Origin: a virus | DNA: 64,000 nt | Virus record (IMG/VR): IMGVR_UViG_3300030397_000812 | Span: 286 to 64,285 of that record | Direction: 5' to 3' (one strand) | In this document: one piece after another, positions 1 through 6,890 of the stretch | Layout of the letters: each line of letters opens with the position of its first letter | Position numbering within the stretch: the first letter of the stretch is position 1 | Program-made: the position numbers and the translations under genes | The notes under the pieces: generated by a model | What the model saw: only the letters and a program-made list of their open reading frames with translations | Told to the model about the DNA's origin: nothing | Databases searched by the model: none

Positions 1-371
1 ATCCCGCGAAACGCTAAGAAGTATAACGGGCAAGCCTGTGGGTGCTGCCGTCGATGGAACTTTTTAGCATACTGATTGAAGCGACCAGATAAGGGTGACA
101 AATCCACGATCTATACCATAGTCACACTGTGAAAGCTAAGAGGTGATTTCGGTTAGATCGGATAAGAGCGTATTTGCTCGGAGCGCATAAAATGAAAAGA
201 TTTTGCGCATCCTTTCGGCTACTGAGTAAGGTTGACAACTCGTAAATCGAATTAATTAGCTTGGTTCCACAAGCACTCAAGTAGCTGGAAATGAAATCTT
301 AAAAACAGTCTTAGTAATTCAGAATTGAAGCACATTAATTGTGTCTGTGACTCATTTATCACCTAAGACTG
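1..371 (+). ncRNA. Putative large structured ncRNA (GOLLD/ROOL-like class candidate); 5' part probably lies outside the window
   Basis: No ORF. Dense helices: 183-208 GCGCATAAAAT/ATTTTGCGC; 217-228 CGGCTACTGAGT with 275-287 ACTCAAGTAGCTG; 259-274 GCTTG/CAAGC; 306-314 CAGTCTTAG with 363-371 CTAAGACTG. Family assignment not verified. Confidence 0.6.
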
Positions 372-390
372 CAAACTAAAATTCAACAAA

Positions 391-588
391 ATGAAAATGC
401 TAATTCGTTTATTTTTCCTTGCTTCTATTGCCTTGGCTGTCTTGACAAGCTCATGCAGTCAAAAAATTCAAGGTGGGTATAATTCCCGTTCAAGTTCTCA
501 ATCCAAGTCGTACAACAAGAAACCGCACGCGGGTTCGAGAACGTGCGCCTACGAGAAAAACAGAAAAACAAGCACATTTAACTATTAG
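391..588 (+). CDS. Small lipoprotein (SPII signal)
   Basis: Basic N-terminus, hydrophobic stretch, lipobox-like LTSS-C22, short polar mature part. Confidence 0.7.
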   Translation: MKMLIRLFFLASIALAVLTSSCSQKIQGGYNSRSSSQSKSYNKKPHAGSRTCAYEKNRKTSTFNY

Positions 589-590
589 CC

Positions 591-695
591 ATGAGAAACG
601 AAAATGACATTCCAGATTGGTTAGACTTGGGTGAACCGAGTTACGAGGAATCTCTGGATTTCAACGACCAGCAAGAATTTTTGTTCATGCTCTAA
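591..695 (+). CDS. Small acidic hypothetical protein (34 aa, not in ORF track)
   Basis: ATG 2 nt after upstream stop; MRNENDIPDWLDLGEPSYEESLDFNDQQEFLFML*. Confidence 0.5.
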   Translation: MRNENDIPDWLDLGEPSYEESLDFNDQQEFLFML

Positions 696-697
696 AG

Positions 698-713
698 CGT
701 TCCACGTGGAACG
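698..713. promoter_or_regulatory. parS: parS-type centromere palindrome
   Basis: Intergenic perfect palindrome CGTTCCACGTGGAACG matching the conserved chromosomal parS consensus (GTTNCACGTGNAAC core). Confidence 0.75.
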
Positions 714-716
714 TTA

Positions 717-784
717 CCCCTTTTTTAATCGGGTCTTAGTGAGAATAACAAGCTAAGCGGGTTCGATTCCTGAACTAGGGGCAA
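717..784 (+). pseudogene. Degenerate tRNA-like remnant
   Basis: T-arm CGGG-TTCGATT-CCTG (758-772), hairpin CTTAG/CTAAG (735-757), partial acceptor CCCCT/AGGGG; no D-arm. Confidence 0.4.
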
Positions 785-792
785 TTTAAAAA

Positions 793-924
793 CGTCCTTA
801 TAGCATAACTGGATATGCGCCATCACTCATGATGAGTAAAATTACAGGTTTAGCGGCTTGCAATGATGGAGATAGGTAAAAAGTAAGTTTAGCGGCTTGC
901 TTGGTTCGAGACCACCAAGGACGG
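793..924 (+). ncRNA. tRNA(Met)-like cloverleaf carrying two inserted hairpins
   Basis: Acceptor CGTCCTT/AAGGACG; D-arm GCAT-AACTGGAT-ATGC; anticodon stem CCATCA/TGATGG with CT-CAT then ~31-nt insert; T-stem GGT+GG/CCACC split by 25-nt insert; T-loop TTCGAGA. Confidence 0.7.
848..900 (+). repeat. 14-nt direct repeat GTTTAGCGGCTTGC (848-861, 887-900)
   Basis: Exact repeat; each copy forms the loop and 3' strand of a hairpin with loop TTTAGCGG. Confidence 0.95.
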
Positions 925-970
925 CACTCTTTTAAATCAAACGGGTTCTTCAATCACGAAAATTTACAAT

Positions 971-1780
971 ATGAAAACATACAACAAAGAAACCATGAAA
1001 GCGGACGCCATTGCATTTATGCGAGGCAAGAACCGATTGCATGATTTGCACCCTCAAGTAATTGAGCAACTCAGGCAAGAAAACCAGCGCAATTTTGAAA
1101 AACTGCAAAGCTTGATCAAGGTTGAATTCGTATCTGGTCAACCCTATGAAACGGCTGAAGAATTGCGGCACAAAGTAGCTGAAGAAGGGGTGCTACTAAT
1201 ATCATCGGATAACAACAATAGCAAGTTGTTTGGCGAAGATCAGAACCTGAAATTTAGGGCGGTTCACGACTACTTCCATATCACGGGCTGTGAGTTCGGA
1301 TACATCGGGGAGGCTGAAGCGTACGAAATGCAGAAGCTTTGGTACTCTGCAAACTTGAGACCTATTCTGTACTCAGAAATCGTAATGCAAGCAGCATATT
1401 TTGACTACTTCGGATACTTTCCAGAAGATCAGAAAGTAGTAATACCTGACTTTGATAAATTCAAAGACGTTGCGAAAGATCACATCAGATTTTTCAGGAC
1501 GCAAACAGCCGGAACGTTAACGCAACAAAAGGCGTATGAATTTCACTTCAGAAAGCAGCACGGAGTTAGCGGAATACTCGTTAGGGAGGGAGTGAAAGGA
1601 GATCAAAATTGCGATTGGTGCAATGGTAATGGAGTTTCTGTTGCTGATTGTGGAGATTTCAATGAAATTCAAAGATGCGATTCATGCGAGTTATATAGCT
1701 CAGACAAAGAGGCGTTGGATGCTGTGAATAAAAGCATTGATTTACAAAAATCTATCGGAGCAACCCCTTTATTAATGTAG
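971..1780 (+). CDS. Chimeric hypothetical protein: FRAVHDxxH...GE domain + 34-aa cassette + CxxC/CxxC Zn-finger-like tail
   Basis: 269-aa ORF; NLKFRAVHDYFH motif; 103-bp cassette at 1464-1566; tail CDWC...CDSC. Confidence 0.75.
   Translation: MKTYNKETMKADAIAFMRGKNRLHDLHPQVIEQLRQENQRNFEKLQSLIKVEFVSGQPYETAEELRHKVAEEGVLLISSDNNNSKLFGEDQNLKFRAVHDYFHITGCEFGYIGEAEAYEMQKLWYSANLRPILYSEIVMQAAYFDYFGYFPEDQKVVIPDFDKFKDVAKDHIRFFRTQTAGTLTQQKAYEFHFRKQHGVSGILVREGVKGDQNCDWCNGNGVSVADCGDFNEIQRCDSCELYSSDKEALDAVNKSIDLQKSIGATPLLM
1464..1566 (+). repeat. 103-bp identical direct repeat, copy 1
   Basis: Identical base-for-base to 2030-2132 and read in the same frame (DVAKDHIRFFRTQTAGTLTQQKAYEFHFRKQHGV). Confidence 0.95.
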
Positions 1781-1968
1781 CATGTTAAATGGGTGAAAGG
1801 GTAAACCATTAGGAGTTGTGTTCATTTCGTACACAAGTCACTCATGTGGAATGACGGAAAAGGAAATGCTTGATGATGTTTCTGAAAGCTGGAGGGAATT
1901 CCATTTATTTAGAAGAACATCAGGGTTGAGCACTTGGAAAATCTAATAGAGAAACTAAAAAGTCAGTA

Positions 1969-2187
1969 ATGAAAATATCAGAAGAAACTTTCTGGAACGA
2001 GTACAAACCCGTCAAAAATGAGTTCGAAGAAGACGTTGCGAAAGATCACATCAGATTTTTCAGGACGCAAACAGCCGGAACGTTAACGCAACAAAAGGCG
2101 TATGAATTTCACTTCAGAAAGCAGCACGGAGTAAGAGAGGTCATTCGACCCGAAGATTTGCGAGCAATTGGCAATCCAGTTCATTAA
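1969..2187 (+). CDS. Truncated paralog of 4866-5144 fused to the 103-bp cassette
   Basis: N-terminus MKISEETFWNEYKPVKNEF vs MKIHEDDFWKNYKPQKNEL, then switches to the repeat-encoded peptide. Confidence 0.6.
   Translation: MKISEETFWNEYKPVKNEFEEDVAKDHIRFFRTQTAGTLTQQKAYEFHFRKQHGVREVIRPEDLRAIGNPVH
2030..2132 (+). repeat. 103-bp identical direct repeat, copy 2
   Basis: Identical to 1464-1566. Confidence 0.95.
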
Positions 2188-2327
2188 ACGAAACAAACCT
2201 TTCTGAAATATGGATGGCGAAGCGCTGATTATGGGCGAGGAAAAGCCCATCATTGAAATAGAGTACGAAGAAGATGGTGAAATCTCTTGTGAAGTCGTAC
2301 CGATTTGAGAAACTAAAACACACAACA

Positions 2328-2825
2328 ATGAAATACCTAGTAACATTAAAGCTGCATCTCGGCGAGTACGAGAAAAGCAATCAGCACATCGTTGATGCTA
2401 AGTCAAGCATAGACGCGGGGGTCATAGCCCTTAAGAACGAGTGCCATAACACGCCTGATTTCCCTAACAAAGAAACCGCTTGGGATGGTGTCGATCTTGT
2501 GTATAAGGTTAGATCAGTCATTGGTTTAACCGATCTTGAGTACGAAATCCTAAGCAAACTGAAAGAGCGAGCTCTACTTACTGTTTTGTCTAGGGGTGAG
2601 AAAGTAAAAGTGGTGACGGCATTTGGTGAGCAGTTGACTAAGTCAATAGCGAATGGTGATGATCCCGAATCTGATGATGGCGGACAATTTGTGACGAGAG
2701 AATTCGAAACGAAGGCTGAGGCTCAAGCATACATGTTAGCGCTTTCGGACATGGACGGCTATTGGGAATCATATGTACTGACTGGTGATGAGATCGAAAA
2801 ATATTCAAACGAAATATCGAGATAA
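2328..2825 (+). CDS. Hypothetical protein, apparently two small phage proteins fused
   Basis: ATG 2328 follows an A-rich leader; the halves MKYLVTLKLHLGEYEK...EILSKL and EKVKVVTAFG...FETKAEAQAY...DGYW look like separate small proteins (inference). Confidence 0.65.
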   Translation: MKYLVTLKLHLGEYEKSNQHIVDAKSSIDAGVIALKNECHNTPDFPNKETAWDGVDLVYKVRSVIGLTDLEYEILSKLKERALLTVLSRGEKVKVVTAFGEQLTKSIANGDDPESDDGGQFVTREFETKAEAQAYMLALSDMDGYWESYVLTGDEIEKYSNEISR

Positions 2826-3447
2826 AAGAAAACAAGTCTGTGGTGGGCATGCTTGCGAAGTGAGACTTGGTAAAAAGGGAGCGCAAGATAGGATCGCATT
2901 TGGAGAGAGCAGAAGGATGGCTCGTAAATCCGGTGTAGCATTTCCTAATACGGAGCAGAATGCCTTGGCTATGAAGCTTTTTGGAACGTATGGAGATCAG
3001 GGGGAGTTCGTAATTGGAACAGGGATGTTCGGACAAGATCACGACCCTTCTATTGAAGATTACAACAGACCTCCATCATCACAGCCAGGGTTGTGGTGTA
3101 AGTGGGAAGTTGTTGATGGTGAGTTGCAGTGGGATGGTCGTGAGAAGTTCTACGACTACATTGAATGGCTTGAATATATGATTGAGAAGTTCTTCAAGCC
3201 TTGGGGAATTGTATTGGATGGTTCTATCAACTGGCAAGGGGAAGCCCACTCAGATAGAGGAACCATCTTCTGCGTCTCAAATAAGGTTACCACGCAAGAG
3301 GGCGGGGCGAAAGACATCCCAACGCCGGAGGTAGCTGAAGTGAAGGAGGCATTAGGATCGCTTAATGATGTGATTAACTTCTTGGATGATGGATCGGACA
3401 AGTATAGTGATATGATAACGATCAGATCATTTATTGAGGCTCAGTAA
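2785..3447 (+). CDS. Conserved phage hypothetical protein (PPxxQPGLWCxW / WDGxEKFY family)
   Basis: Motifs RPPSSQPGLWCKW, WDGREKFYDYIEWLEYMI, WQGE recognised from memory; start codon uncertain. Confidence 0.7.
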   Translation: MMRSKNIQTKYRDKRKQVCGGHACEVRLGKKGAQDRIAFGESRRMARKSGVAFPNTEQNALAMKLFGTYGDQGEFVIGTGMFGQDHDPSIEDYNRPPSSQPGLWCKWEVVDGELQWDGREKFYDYIEWLEYMIEKFFKPWGIVLDGSINWQGEAHSDRGTIFCVSNKVTTQEGGAKDIPTPEVAEVKEALGSLNDVINFLDDGSDKYSDMITIRSFIEAQ

Positions 3448-3480
3448 CAAAAGAAATTGAATTGTGTGTTTCATAGTGTT

Positions 3481-3516
3481 AAGAGGTTCGGGGTGTGGAA
3501 TTCACCCCGCCCTCTT
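3481..3516 (+). ncRNA. GC-rich hairpin at the start of a structured region
   Basis: AAGAGG/CCTCTT plus CGGGGTG/CACCCCG, loop TGGAATT; no U-tract. Confidence 0.5.
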
Positions 3517-3542
3517 CACTTGTGACTCGCAAAAAGAAATAA

Positions 3543-3626
3543 GCCATGCGATTGATGAACTGGAGTTTTAAAAATTCAGAGGTTCTCTACCAAGGCGCGG
3601 ACAGCCCTCCGGCTCGGTCGTGTGGC
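3543..3626 (+). ncRNA. Putative multi-stem RNA element
   Basis: 13 consecutive pairs 3543-3555 with 3614-3626 (4 G-U wobbles) enclosing two inner hairpins; followed by TTTT. Confidence 0.55.
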
Positions 3627-3931
3627 TTTTAAAAGAAATGTTCAAGTTGATCACTATCATCGTCGGGTTAGTATTCTCCGGCGGTGATCCGGTGGTTGAA
3701 CTCACAATCGGCAGCGACAGCGCTGATCGCACCGTGGTGACTAGTGCAATACTGACTTACAATCGCCCTAAATATGAAGGGAAAAAACACAGAGTCAGGA
3801 TACACTCACCGCGTGAGATTCCACTACATGAGGTGTACATAGAAAGTGAGGACAAACCACCAGAACGAAGCCCGTGTTGTGCTGACGGGATTATAATATC
3901 AGCACATCCGACAAAGAGTAAAGTAAAATAG
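3620..3931 (+). CDS. Doubtful ORF overlapping a structured RNA region
   Basis: 103-aa ORF with hydrophobic N-terminus, but the sequence is saturated with helices; may be non-coding. Confidence 0.3.
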   Translation: MWLLKEMFKLITIIVGLVFSGGDPVVELTIGSDSADRTVVTSAILTYNRPKYEGKKHRVRIHSPREIPLHEVYIESEDKPPERSPCCADGIIISAHPTKSKVK

Positions 3932-3942
3932 ACAACGTCGGA
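3667..3942 (+). ncRNA. Putative structured ncRNA running into the tRNA-like element
   Basis: Helices 3667-3675/3748-3756, 3682-3689/3725-3734, 3712-3725, 3805-3817, 3858-3865/3899-3906, 3907-3912/3937-3942. Confidence 0.5.
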
Positions 3943-4024
3943 GTGGGTAGTGGTGCAATTGGTAGACACCTTACGAGGCTGAGTGTAATTGCTCAGTGCG
4001 GGTTCGAGTCCCGCCTATCCACCA
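3943..4024 (+). ncRNA. Class-II (Leu-like) tRNA-like RNA lacking a normal anticodon arm
   Basis: Acceptor GTGGGTAG/CTATCCAC; D-arm GTG-CAATTGGTAGA-CAC; only CTTACGAGG where a 17-nt anticodon arm belongs; long arm CTGAG/CTCAG; T-arm GCGGG-TTCGAGT-CCCGC; ends ACCA. Confidence 0.75.
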
Positions 4025-4043
4025 AACTAACAATTCAAATATT

Positions 4044-4358
4044 ATGGACACACAAATCACAAGAGAAAACTTTTGGTTCAAGCTGGCAGAGTGCTGGGAG
4101 AAACGAGCCAACAAGAAAGGGTTGAAATTCAGAGAAGATTTTGATGAATACCTAGATGGCGAACATCCGAATGCACCTTACTTGAGGGCTGAGCTAGAAT
4201 TCTATCTGGGAGCGTTTAATGCCGCTTGCGTTTTCGCTGGGAAATTCCCGATTCAAGACGAGCATATGAGCGATCTTGATCCAGTGGTTTTATTCTCAGG
4301 AATGAGGGGTGACAGCATCACGAAAACGTTTTTGGAACTCAAATCTAAGAAAGGATGA
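4044..4358 (+). CDS. Hypothetical protein
   Basis: ATG after an A-rich leader downstream of the tRNA-like element; overlaps next gene (ATGA). Confidence 0.7.
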   Translation: MDTQITRENFWFKLAECWEKRANKKGLKFREDFDEYLDGEHPNAPYLRAELEFYLGAFNAACVFAGKFPIQDEHMSDLDPVVLFSGMRGDSITKTFLELKSKKG

Positions 4359-4864
4359 AAAGGTACAACTTAGAAACTGGATGCATGGGTGCTTTATACC
4401 CGTCTACGGACAACATATATTCTGTCATTGATAATGTTGAAGCCATGTTTCCTTGGATTTTGAAGGACTTCAATAGGCATAGGAAGCACTGGAGGGTTCA
4501 TATTATATGTAAGGGAAGCTCAGGATTGATGCGAGCCACTTTCTTAGCTGAAAGATTTTACAAGGAAAATATAGATGTTTCCATATCTTTTGATAACAGA
4601 GGCGCGCATTCTGTAGCCCATGATGAACATGCCGGATCATGGATGTTTGATGATAGCTATTATCAATTAATCGTAGATGATTTCTGCTGCTCATGTAGAA
4701 CCATGCGAAAAATCGCTAGCTACATAAATGAATCGTGCGAAGACCCAGTGACAATTAATGCGATAGTTGTTAATTCAGGAGCGAGAATGATTGAGGAGCA
4801 CATCTTCGACATTCTTAATGAAAAACCCAACTTGAAAATAAAGAAAATTGTAAACGTACAGTAA
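4355..4864 (+). CDS. Phosphoribosyltransferase-fold protein (divergent)
   Basis: IICKGSSGLMRATFLAE and LIVDDFCCSCRTM resemble type I PRTase motifs (hhhhDDhhxTGxT). Confidence 0.55.
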   Translation: MKRYNLETGCMGALYPSTDNIYSVIDNVEAMFPWILKDFNRHRKHWRVHIICKGSSGLMRATFLAERFYKENIDVSISFDNRGAHSVAHDEHAGSWMFDDSYYQLIVDDFCCSCRTMRKIASYINESCEDPVTINAIVVNSGARMIEEHIFDILNEKPNLKIKKIVNVQ

Positions 4865-4865
4865 G

Positions 4866-5144
4866 ATGAAAATTCACGAAGACGATTTCTGGAAAAATTA
4901 CAAACCTCAAAAGAATGAGCTTGTCGACGACGCGCCTTTCAACGGATGCATGTACGAAACGTACGGAGAAGAATTAGAGTACGTTCAAAGGTGGAATAGG
5001 CAGTTCGAAACAACTGTCTGGACGGTTCTTGACGTTGATGGTGAGTTGATCATCGGTGCGGGAATGTCGTTCGTCAATCGAATGGGGTACATTATCACAG
5101 AAAAACCGTGGAACAGTTTGGATGATGAAGTTTTAGATGCTTAA
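4866..5144 (+). CDS. Conserved phage hypothetical protein
   Basis: MYETYGEELEYV...VWTV...GMSFVNRMGYIITEKPW; paralog fragment at 1969. Confidence 0.75.
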   Translation: MKIHEDDFWKNYKPQKNELVDDAPFNGCMYETYGEELEYVQRWNRQFETTVWTVLDVDGELIIGAGMSFVNRMGYIITEKPWNSLDDEVLDA

Positions 5145-5155
5145 TTTGCAGGATC

Positions 5156-5641
5156 ATGGAAAATAAAAAGGTAAAGATGGTCTGCTCTCAATGTGGGAGC
5201 GGCGATGTTAAGAAGGACGCATACGCAGTTTGGGATGCTGTTACTCAGCAATGGGAGGCATGCGCTGTATTCGACAAAGGCGATGTGTGCGAATCGTGCT
5301 GTGGCGAAACAACAATCAAGGAGGTTGCCTACGATCCTGAAGATGTGAATTATACTGTCTTTGGTTCGCATGGAGAGATTACCATTGACAAGATTGGGTA
5401 TGTCATTGAGATCAGCCACGATCTTCAGGCAGATTCCGGTGAAGAAAGAGAGTACATCGGTATTGAAAGATTCGATGTTATTGAGTACGAGATGTTCTTG
5501 AAATCCAAGGGATTTGAAATGCCTGAGCATGGCATCGACATCCTCGACATTTCGTACTGGCAAAACGGTGAGTTTGTGAAATTTGAGCAATCTCACCGAG
5601 ATGAAATTATTTTAGCTTGGAAAGAAAGCAGGAAATCATGA
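5156..5641 (+). CDS. Hypothetical protein with N-terminal Zn-ribbon
   Basis: CSQCGS...CESCCG motifs, acidic C-terminal half. Confidence 0.7.
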   Translation: MENKKVKMVCSQCGSGDVKKDAYAVWDAVTQQWEACAVFDKGDVCESCCGETTIKEVAYDPEDVNYTVFGSHGEITIDKIGYVIEISHDLQADSGEEREYIGIERFDVIEYEMFLKSKGFEMPEHGIDILDISYWQNGEFVKFEQSHRDEIILAWKESRKS

Positions 5642-5826
5642 GGGAATTACATGAGCCAATTTTTCAAATTGGAGAAAGGGTAAAATACATCGGGGTTAAT
5701 TCACCATATGGTGAATCGGTAATTGAAGATATAGACATTAAGAAAGATCACCTCTTGTCACTACGGCGAGATCATGAAGGAGATTTACACAAAAGCAAGG
5801 AAAAAACTAAACGAAGAAAATCATGA
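5638..5826 (+). CDS. Small SH3/KOW-like hypothetical protein
   Basis: FQIGERVKYIG motif; ATGA overlaps at both ends; internal SPYGESVIEDIDIKK resembles the shared C-terminal tag. Confidence 0.55.
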   Translation: MRELHEPIFQIGERVKYIGVNSPYGESVIEDIDIKKDHLLSLRRDHEGDLHKSKEKTKRRKS

Positions 5827-6317
5827 ACAGCACGACACATCACCATCCCAACAATGATTGGGTAAGGTTCACTATCACGGTTTTGATATTCCTGATAGGA
5901 CTATTCTTTCTCAATCAATTGAGAGCCCAAGAACAAACAGGAAGAGTTGAAATTCCGATTGGATCAAGTCTTGTTTTCATGGACTCGTCTGGATCGCAGC
6001 CTGAGCTGTACAGCATCGTTCCAGGAATGAATGAGGGTGAGTACGGTCTATTGTTTTACTACGAGAAGAATCAGAAGTGGTACAGACATGCTTATCTGGG
6101 CAGCTTGATAGAATCAGGATCGGAGAATGAAAATGAGTATTGGGAATTTTTACTCAAAACACTTGGAGATGATGATATTCCAATTTACATTTACACCCGA
6201 TTTACATTCAAAGGGGAGATGATTGAGTACGAGCTGACTAGATACAGGAGGGAAAAAGGAGAGCTAGTACAATTCAGTCATTTCGGAATGATACTCACAG
6301 TAATTTGGAAGACATGA
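5823..6317 (+). CDS. Exported/membrane-anchored protein
   Basis: Hydrophobic segment FTITVLIFLIGLFFL then LRA-Q (Bacteroidota SPI-type cleavage); beta-rich mature domain. Confidence 0.7.
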   Translation: MNSTTHHHPNNDWVRFTITVLIFLIGLFFLNQLRAQEQTGRVEIPIGSSLVFMDSSGSQPELYSIVPGMNEGEYGLLFYYEKNQKWYRHAYLGSLIESGSENENEYWEFLLKTLGDDDIPIYIYTRFTFKGEMIEYELTRYRREKGELVQFSHFGMILTVIWKT

Positions 6318-6691
6318 AGAATCTTGTTGGGGTCAGGGATATAACGAAGCATATCACTTGTGAAATCTTCGGGATTCCCGTTAAGATAGAAGCCCATTAC
6401 GACCGGATACGCGGTGACAAAGGAAGGGTATTCCTTCAGTCTGTCTACAATGCGCCATGCACCAAAACCGGAGAGGATATGGAGTGGAAGGGGCGTAAGT
6501 ATTACCTTTCCGATTACATGACTGACGATGAGATTGTCAAGACCGCGTACACTTGTTTCAAGACGGCTGTCGAACACGAGATTATGGAGGGGTTTAAGTT
6601 CGATGGAGTAATCGTATTCAATCCACATGTTGATTTTCTAAAACTGATGGAAATATCCCATCATGAAATTGAAAGAGAAAACCATGAATAA
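6305..6691 (+). CDS. Conserved phage hypothetical protein (WxGRKxxLS...EHExxExF...NPH)
   Basis: Motif pattern recognised from memory; coupled to neighbours. Confidence 0.75.
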   Translation: MEDMKNLVGVRDITKHITCEIFGIPVKIEAHYDRIRGDKGRVFLQSVYNAPCTKTGEDMEWKGRKYYLSDYMTDDEIVKTAYTCFKTAVEHEIMEGFKFDGVIVFNPHVDFLKLMEISHHEIERENHE

Positions 6692-6890
6692 ATTTGCAAA
6701 CGGGTGGTATGACGGGAAATTCTTTGTGAACTCAGTTCTAGTTGGCAGGGTTAGTTCTGAATTCACTCCGAAAGGAAATTTCAAAGCCACCTTTATCGAC
6801 ATGGGAATGGAATATCATGAGTATTCCGACACGTACACTGGGGCTAAAACTTTAATTGAAGAAAAATGGGCATCACAAGAGGGGAAATAA
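6684..6890 (+). CDS. Hypothetical protein
   Basis: ATG overlapping upstream stop. Confidence 0.65.
   Translation: MNKFANGWYDGKFFVNSVLVGRVSSEFTPKGNFKATFIDMGMEYHEYSDTYTGAKTLIEEKWASQEGK

Noticed and set aside
1464-2132. Diversity-generating retroelement TR/VR pair
   Set aside because: The copies are identical with no adenine-specific differences, and no reverse transcriptase is in the window.
1782-2308. Stop-codon reassignment (TGA read-through), suggested by in-frame TGAs in fragments at about 1794 and 2203
   Set aside because: Long essential genes are uninterrupted under code 11 and many genes end in TGA or TAG with ATGA overlaps; the fragments are better explained as recombination debris.
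3543-3626. Purine riboswitch (GTTCTCTACC resembles J2/3)
   Set aside because: Loop-loop sequences and junction lengths do not fit; kept only as an unclassified structure.
3481-4024. tmRNA or RNase P RNA
   Set aside because: The tRNA-like module is contiguous rather than split around an mRNA domain, and RNase P universal motifs were not found.
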